Assembly (NCBI GenBank): GCA_040756875.1
Contig: JBFLYH010000002.1
Coordinates: forward strand, 1,070,624 to 1,134,623
Direction of reading: 5' to 3'
Length of the DNA stretch: 64,000 nt
Origin: a candidate division FCPU426 bacterium
Lineage (GTDB): Bacteria > Oederibacteriota > JAAXVQ01 > JAUVAV01
Position numbers and translations under genes: made by a program. Below are positions 61,601-64,000 of this stretch, one piece after another (position 1 is the stretch's first letter; each line of letters begins with the position of its first letter). The notes below the pieces were generated by a model. That model did no database searches and was not told where the DNA came from. It saw only the letters and a program-made list of their open reading frames with translations.

Positions 61601-64000
61601 TTGGCAGAACGGAAAACGCCCTGCAAAAGGCACAGGCGAATCTGCATGAGCAGAAAATAGCTGATTTACAAGCACAAAAACAGCAAGCAGCCGAAATTGC
61701 GCAGAACCCCGAAGTTTCGCCGATAGATCGCCAAGCCGCGATGTCCGACCAGGTTAAACTGGACGGCGAGATTCAAATTCAGGCGACCAAGGCCCAAGCC
61801 GCGTCCGTGGAGGGCAATATCCGCAGTTTGGAAGCCAAAGCTGGAAGCGACCCGGCGGTCAAGGGGCAGGTCGAGTCCTTGAAAAAGCAGTTGCAGGAAT
61901 TGCGGACTGATGAGGCGAGATTGCAGCAGAGGCAAGATTCGGTATCGAGGATCGAAGAATCGAAAATGCAGCAGCTTAAGCTAGGAGAGCAGCTGGAACA
62001 GACCCGTACAGCAGAGACACAGGCTGCCCAGACACCCGAAGTCAGAAAGATGGAGGCAGCGAAAGGCCAGCGGATCGAGAAAGAAATTCAGCAGGCTAAA
62101 GCCGAGCAGCAGGTCACCGAAGCCAAGCAAAAGGTTTTGGATTTCCAGACCGACCTGGCCAAGGCCAAAACCACAGCGGACTTTAACCGCGCTTTGATCA
62201 AATTGGCCAGCGCCGAGAAGTTATTGCGCGCGGCACAATTGGACCTGATGAGTGCGCAAAAACAAGTTGTGCGCGCCACGCAAAGTGAAGGCCAGGCTGT
62301 TACAAATGCTCTATTGCAAGAAGCAGCCAGCCAATCCGGCTCCGGCATGACCGCCAAAGGCCTGCGGCAAGGAGTGGATACAGTAGCTAAGGAACAGGCG
62401 CCTAGAGCTACGCGCGAAGCGGTGGTCAAAGCCATGGCCGAGCTGCTCAGCGGCAAGGCGTCTGATCCGAAAAGGGCCCTGGAAACATTGGAGAGCGGCA
62501 CAGGCAGCCTGCAAAAAGTGCTGGAATCCATGGTTCGCAACGGCTTGAGCCAGCAGGCGCAGAAAATATTGGATCAGTTGTGCGAAACCAGGGGCATTAA
62601 GGATCAGGCAGGCCGTCAAGCCCTGGCCAGGGAACTGGGCATTACAACGGAAACCGCGGGTGGCGGCAAAGCGGCGAATCCCGGTGATACACAGGCCCTG
62701 ATGGAACAAGCTTTTGGCAATGCGCGGAGCTCGGATCCGCGATATTCGGCCGAAACCAGGGATGCGTTGCGGAGCCTGGGCGCGGATCTGAGGGAAGGAA
62801 CACCCTTGGACACCGCCATGCGACGGAGCGGCAGCCAGATGGAGCAGGCATTCCGGCAGCTCGAAAAAGCGGCGGGCAAAGACGCAGTTACTGAATTGAT
62901 AAAGAATATGACGGCAGAACAAGTGCGGGAAGCAATGACTTCGACCAACCCGCTGGAAACTCTGAGAAATATTCAAAAACAACAAGCCTCGCAAAGCGAG
63001 CAAGTGACAGGCGCTGCGGCCAAGGAAACTGCGGCCACGGGTGAAGTTCAAACCGCCAAAGAACAAGCGGCCGCGTCATTCACGGCAGCTCAAAAGCAGG
63101 CGGCTGCGGAAGTCGAGGCACGGGTCGAAGCCGCACGCAAGCAGGCTGTCGAGCAAAAATTGGGTGCGAAGGACGTCGAGACAGCGGTCGCCAGGGCGGA
63201 AGCCCAAGCTAAGGCCGAAGCTTCAGCTCGGGTGGCGGAAGTGAAAGCGCAAGGCGAGGAAACAGTGCGCAAGGCGGAAACAACGCTGACCGAAGCCAAA
63301 GCCAGGAGCGAGGCTTTGAGCCGGTCCGGAGAGCCGCTGAGCAAGCTGTTGACTGAGAATCCGGGCAAAGCCGAAGCCCTGTTGCAGCGGATGCAGCAGG
63401 TGCAGGAAGCCGGGGCAGCGGTGCGGCAGGCAGTGGATAAAGTGAACCAGGCCCGGACGTACGCAGAGCGGCAGGCTGCGCAGAAACAGCTGGCGCGGGC
63501 CGAGCAACGATTGACACAGATGGAACGGTTGGCGGGCATCAAACCCGAGGCCGGGCGGAGGATCCCCTTCACGTCCGAATGGCGGGCCAGCCGGCAGGCG
63601 GCGCAGGAATCGGTGAACGCGCAGCGGACGACGTATCTCAAACAGCAGCTCAATGCCGTGGACAACATGAGGAACCTGAGTCCCACCGAGCGAGCGACGC
63701 TGCGGGAGTTGATCCAGAACGAGCTGCAGATCCTCAAGCTCCAGGGCAAACAGGAAGGCTGGCTGGCGCGGCGGTTCGAGAGCTTCCGGAACCGGAATGC
63801 CTCGCAAATGACGTCATTGTACAAGGCGCGCACGCAGCTCGTGGAAGCGCTGACGACCCGGACGGAGAACGGGGAGAAGGTCTACAGCAACGAAACCGTG
63901 ATGAAACTGCTGGCAGCCGAAGGCGTGTCTCGGGGCATGATGGAGACGGCCGCGGTGATCGGCGAATCGTTCGGCAAGACGCTGGTCAGGATGCTGGAAA
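49603..64000 (+). CDS. Giant protein C (>4,799 aa, truncated by the window end), paralogue of giant A
   Basis: Absent from the ORF track, which lists no closed ORF in this frame, consistent with no stop before 64000. ATG 49603 follows GGGGTGA. Manual translation MSTLEKIGKTMQSAQRILRQEWRRVVAFMVTFTFTFSMTGLDAIVAHAFDDY...QPDAFVDV...LNVLKSEYGDLLDTVSLQT matches giant A (MTGMDTILAYGFD...QPDAFISV...LNVLKAEYGDLLSTVSLQT). Later shared blocks include QDARGVLREF and GKETTGWF. Confidence 0.9.
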   Translation, partial: MSTLEKIGKTMQSAQRILRQEWRRVVAFMVTFTFTFSMTGLDAIVAHAFDDYKQYQGSKLEAQRDALMSGTNPAENNQPDAFVDVANPDSLNAPATTALSDTSLNVLKSEYGDLLDTVSLQTLSERAASGANLDAMINEIVGQPANGTQGAMLTPEQPGSSLPQVDPSTMADIVTLQQGPLGMSLEMDNADRAQVRTGDEQDLARLPMPAAALKDETQNGPTETAEIPEQDANPVVETPQTPETQTAALPTNPDLLPQSDVQTNQVNSNDQQLQDQNQVQLPEEKQPDQQDVTLPKDQQQPDQKTDTSQNGNLTQQFLALLGLNPDHRTETVTTTQAAGENKEQLLPTTATLPGNETDVAPTDQPTQQQDSEQVVKNQGEPVVLPDGEQPVTKKTDEQTQTEPKTAKNPDQPTEPEQPEEGQSGQGKKPGKDQEKPGTAQTWTDQLKAFFGMDVTTPDRVESEAVETTEVEDTALPELPADQVDAQPVKEGVTETEEIKAPEVEVAEVPDTLPEEGKKPTETEPGEGEDKPEGEGQGKDDELTDQVLSMLGMPSDDEGDTAPVDDPALDQDITIVEGDLPPTDISATAVMGPNTVQIDVNALMVDQVQVQNDNNLPVENETPSPALVETPRAELQTNNLPVEQNLPQGDQQPVQNTQNQQSDQVGICMVGPDTTLRDPNQNNVQPAPGENEVKAASLVVQPDSTLRDPSQATVNPMLANSPLNTNANYTAINNQPNLVASLPNAVNQGGVVIASTQPINSTVQTAFTVPTIRQQIQPATTPTQPQLGVAPQTNPQMYDVNMQGMMMSSTPAPGSTGTIVPAGTANNIVTVVTAAVQAASNPNHSIPPRPTFEVSTYVAPWTGNAPADDGSWNALANEYQNRYDHPDPPEEKGGGGSGCASFMASPLGKILMFVVTVVLTIFTVGTAAPILLAIMIILEAILAFVPLPPALAMTLGIVLAFVGGWASALNSLGTTAAAAANITVTQAVQQIITNAGGLMNTLLLPAVTKAIIKAVIAKIIVDLFLMLCPEASPILTAFVSLAAGLLAGGLAEMIVDGKGFVDAFKASLNESLGNFFTDPKATVGTLLSSPMALQLYQVLVEAGVVQIMKSAGYTDAYAQLVGSMVSAFAVGGLTFALKGDQGNKFVNFVTMVMVQPIATTISTWYSTEVAPLLKEQGYSSLQTMHFAQNLAGFVNLFAPVATPVVNQATGEVKWKVTLTIIDKFEKMFKKEEPATSSTGTTSAKSDTTPPVQQKPVSIEPALEPKVANALQSPGLTGPTQTLGIRLGFDQMSQYSMPQLSMSNATQSGVMYSMMPPESTPTFMMGSSGSNGNTFGIGTGVMGAGVGSIGLGYQGGVMGASNYGFAPGPSLLSAQGLQGSPSALGTMSLNLYDSPLSPLRTDESITPLKTAENISLPSPVEAAKTSTSPEVKISDVQKAVEQPIDKPIEQAASPKPTAQDVSGDSSQQTKAETSTRPEVNQERSVQNPNMNIQPDTQLPQPESIAQNNQTSAPQEIKAPQAETAPEQLKGNSTDRNPVDQTPKMDESKPTTSQAPEIKDLKTSDLVKFEDPRDKAAKGGSETSAASTAAQTEETAKNNNRVLENSGSYSDAFVPKQDAAGQTPALTQATSGSPQPAAVQSLVNKLQETFVLPKESTYSYSQTQNSQGQTLTQVFNQQGQVIGAQVDLGNGTQITKTFDYQPLAAAQGAEGAASAAGTQVRTLTMENGVISEMQVSKIEGDKLQVIDRKTPQTMGGLDKTHEDRNVKPSGDTVERRNGDPQATAATDATKGASVQTPGAAAEGSTQTRTPQTGEKIQVNVGTQDQPVNVEMKFDPKQANQPMDIEAPNGKTYRVGYDAAGKTSVMGEVKYEGSFWSLSPKEAVFIPQGQTMGYGDKGNVYDCSGGGMKMVKGNESATFTDSQGKTIHMNAAISTSLNNLPSDVKDALVMLENLNSSNPLKLTEQQKTEIAVSATNTLQNYASNQAPGSVEQQQAMGMTYQAEQKLYSQNPNPQLLAQMSQHALQSSNPQLMMNAADLQIKSGQVDAAMNTIQQALNNNSQLPADQKASLQLNAANLMQSTGQTGEMFQQTMGDVANYFKGLEGKQIPPEVLTQALQYQSMLEKAPTVDPALAKALPEISTSLESISKQLGQQVAQAGSNLAEGQQRAVPELNGIVTKTKDGFALTQRGANETAVTTTFSSQGPDNTMTTSKIEIKPLSGGNALQVYEQTGGHLQLTSQQTTVETTMTVNGQKQTKMVDALLPVNRTGEVQTIAVVDGQPYVLTVGQDNRATAVLGHTPEANSSLNYQQELPTGIKMTFNPADNTATITLPDGSTSVVSGKTIQTMADVDALGIKAGNTADLIGKMAFTLTIPGKGSVTLIGSAQEIQAGNYYAAGTCKPINPKPGQEASVSYLAQYRGGNLSQVNLADSFKTTISYQAADLSKFTVTQTSADGQRVATLKYENNQLQGYGVEYKAFGLTLLYDAKGVITQECLQYLKENSGKGYTFKATSQGFSLTNNNTKFEAFFSNQGRALLNPGQGGTSGGLQEVMEFDIKQNVNFQVAKYDNGSLGTQTVHYDQITREHVLLQTSSDGMVTKTTITSDISGSVSSRLVENLNMTQTEKGTFSKDGLDTGTRDFQAKVLTGTDEGTGNKVRRENVTSHEQLEGGKVIESTMHVGMMEITNPAGELVQRMTDVSYKNGEIQSAAKMEAPKQTMTGVKFTDGKISYAATLDSGGQHMTGVTFRPDGSLEKAVTMTIAGEKGKPATEMRGVRFNADGTLNRADSYKSGGQTMTGVVFGKNNSISYAATMTIAGEQGKPATTMKGVTFNADGTLNKADSYKSGGQTMTGVVFGKNNSISYAATMTIAGEQGKPATTMKGVTFNADGTLNKADSYKSGGQTMTGVVFGKNNSISYAATMTIAEEQGKPATTMKGVTFNADGTLNKADSYKSGGQTMTGVEFGENNSINFAKTMTIDGEQGKPATEMKGVHFNADGTLKTADSYQAGVQTMTGVVFGKNNSIDYAQGMTVEGEKGKPATEMKGVRFNADGTLKSADSYVCGDQAMTGIRFGAKNSIEFAATVKTPNRMMYDVLFGEGGKIKEAGRIEETIARQDVKNDAGKVIGEERGVQRTLLNAKFDDAGNLISATQKASIAVRTEFNAENGRTTESRNIRSETRIEGGKIIESRTEVAVVQTRNAKNIVVDEQHNIVESLSTVSVSGRDVKVQITQTKDGSQVVINGNKEHQLSMGTDVRVTTDGKSLIIQDARGVLREFSPDGKETTGWFRERANNWHEFTNKISVAWNTYVDRLVRLDNWVMDSNSVLEVVGKSLVQAVAGVGAAFAFLGSVVLDASLTLVIQQVGAILGPTLEWTINLALYPVAAAVYLTTGESLGRMTLDSIKGGIAAAFAPIDRGIQAMQAKILGWAESALTNAELSNSQFGKWGYGALAAGLKVLGENLPIILIMAPKLIDIVAPGVGTAISAVLGTLLLAKDAVIHGLAHMYQTFFVAPFNNISMGLSQLSNALFNPQDSGLSQLRQVVNGVVSIGNGIVGLVFARQMLKEAFTEAKAEVTEKAATPAKANLAAFLEKGGLEALGKVMEMNLGKFLETFMKLPEGSLKNMSWSNLNLKEALYNHNGARISLGEMLKSPNGAAQLMMILKGENFRLGSLEFQMPAPKPSFTQRMAMGIQKALGREPQASGPITKPLTQLVRPSQIGQAICPAAILPAARVFVSAFINHQIQSLANVGRVMGAFGRWVGSFSFMQPVTRGMSSMVQAVQGAVSKVWNSPVARMFYPEALRTAAPGIAQALRAGSFKEAGSLAAAAFRQVGTNLQKALLDLPQAVKARLSAGVTLAGSGNAPVRAAEMMARTGMAENVAEPLTEATAKQRALDVQASERGETAEIGKTLSVVGDGQSSGVGESGVVKPTVSSETTGAKSEGPGAGTEKSASQGTGTKGAGAGVPSEAVAKIQGQVDRLQQTAGQQRSQLESAQKSNLPQGEIARLEQQLGRTENALQKAQANLHEQKIADLQAQKQQAAEIAQNPEVSPIDRQAAMSDQVKLDGEIQIQATKAQAASVEGNIRSLEAKAGSDPAVKGQVESLKKQLQELRTDEARLQQRQDSVSRIEESKMQQLKLGEQLEQTRTAETQAAQTPEVRKMEAAKGQRIEKEIQQAKAEQQVTEAKQKVLDFQTDLAKAKTTADFNRALIKLASAEKLLRAAQLDLMSAQKQVVRATQSEGQAVTNALLQEAASQSGSGMTAKGLRQGVDTVAKEQAPRATREAVVKAMAELLSGKASDPKRALETLESGTGSLQKVLESMVRNGLSQQAQKILDQLCETRGIKDQAGRQALARELGITTETAGGGKAANPGDTQALMEQAFGNARSSDPRYSAETRDALRSLGADLREGTPLDTAMRRSGSQMEQAFRQLEKAAGKDAVTELIKNMTAEQVREAMTSTNPLETLRNIQKQQASQSEQVTGAAAKETAATGEVQTAKEQAAASFTAAQKQAAAEVEARVEAARKQAVEQKLGAKDVETAVARAEAQAKAEASARVAEVKAQGEETVRKAETTLTEAKARSEALSRSGEPLSKLLTENPGKAEALLQRMQQVQEAGAAVRQAVDKVNQARTYAERQAAQKQLARAEQRLTQMERLAGIKPEAGRRIPFTSEWRASRQAAQESVNAQRTTYLKQQLNAVDNMRNLSPTERATLRELIQNELQILKLQGKQEGWLARRFESFRNRNASQMTSLYKARTQLVEALTTRTENGEKVYSNETVMKLLAAEGVSRGMMETAAVIGESFGKTLVRMLE
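57805..58776 (+). repeat. Six tandem 162-bp (54-aa) coding repeats in giant C
   Basis: The ATG of MTG recurs at 57805, 57967, 58129, 58291, 58453, 58615 and 58777. Unit MTGVVFGKNNSISYAATMTIAGEQGKPATTMKGVTFNADGTLNKADSYKSGGQT. Confidence 0.95.

Noticed and set aside
7782-63833. Numerous antisense and alternate-frame ORFs (for example 8543..9856, 16326..17654, 40329..41930, 49780..50922)
   Set aside because: They are shadows of the giant genes caused by high GC and repeat periodicity, with no recognisable motifs.
1-64000. Assignment to a specific phylum such as Omnitrophota
   Set aside because: Giant genes are suggestive, but the window has no rRNA or marker gene I can place by eye; it needs a phylogeny of tkt, lnt or amrB.

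Overview
High-GC bacterial chromosomal window; I cannot assign the taxon from the sequence. The first ~5.6 kb is housekeeping-type: a partial secreted NHL-repeat protein, AmmeMemoRadiSam protein B, CutA, a GAF/HD-GYP protein and a split transketolase. The remaining ~58 kb is a giant-gene locus: lnt-1(+), giant A (~6,940 aa, +), lnt-2(-), giant B (~6,110 aa, +), giant C (>4,799 aa, +). Giant C runs off the right edge and is missing from the ORF track. A and C are collinear paralogues: long signal peptide, acidic disordered stalk, translocator-like hydrophobic hairpins, a beta-rich region holding a different repeat cassette in each, a second hydrophobic cluster and coiled coils. A continues into a SecA-like ATPase module and C-terminal TM helices. 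B is a secreted YD/Rhs-like protein built around 23 x 57-aa and 38 x 54-aa repeats, with no Rhs core or toxin tip. All three giant genes share one promoter layout: an AAAACCCTT box 39-40 nt upstream of the -35, a 17-nt spacer, then TGnTATACT. The two Lnt paralogues keep the catalytic triad but diverge from housekeeping Lnt, and no giant protein has an N-terminal lipobox. My inference is a co-regulated, possibly undescribed surface or contact-dependent delivery system.
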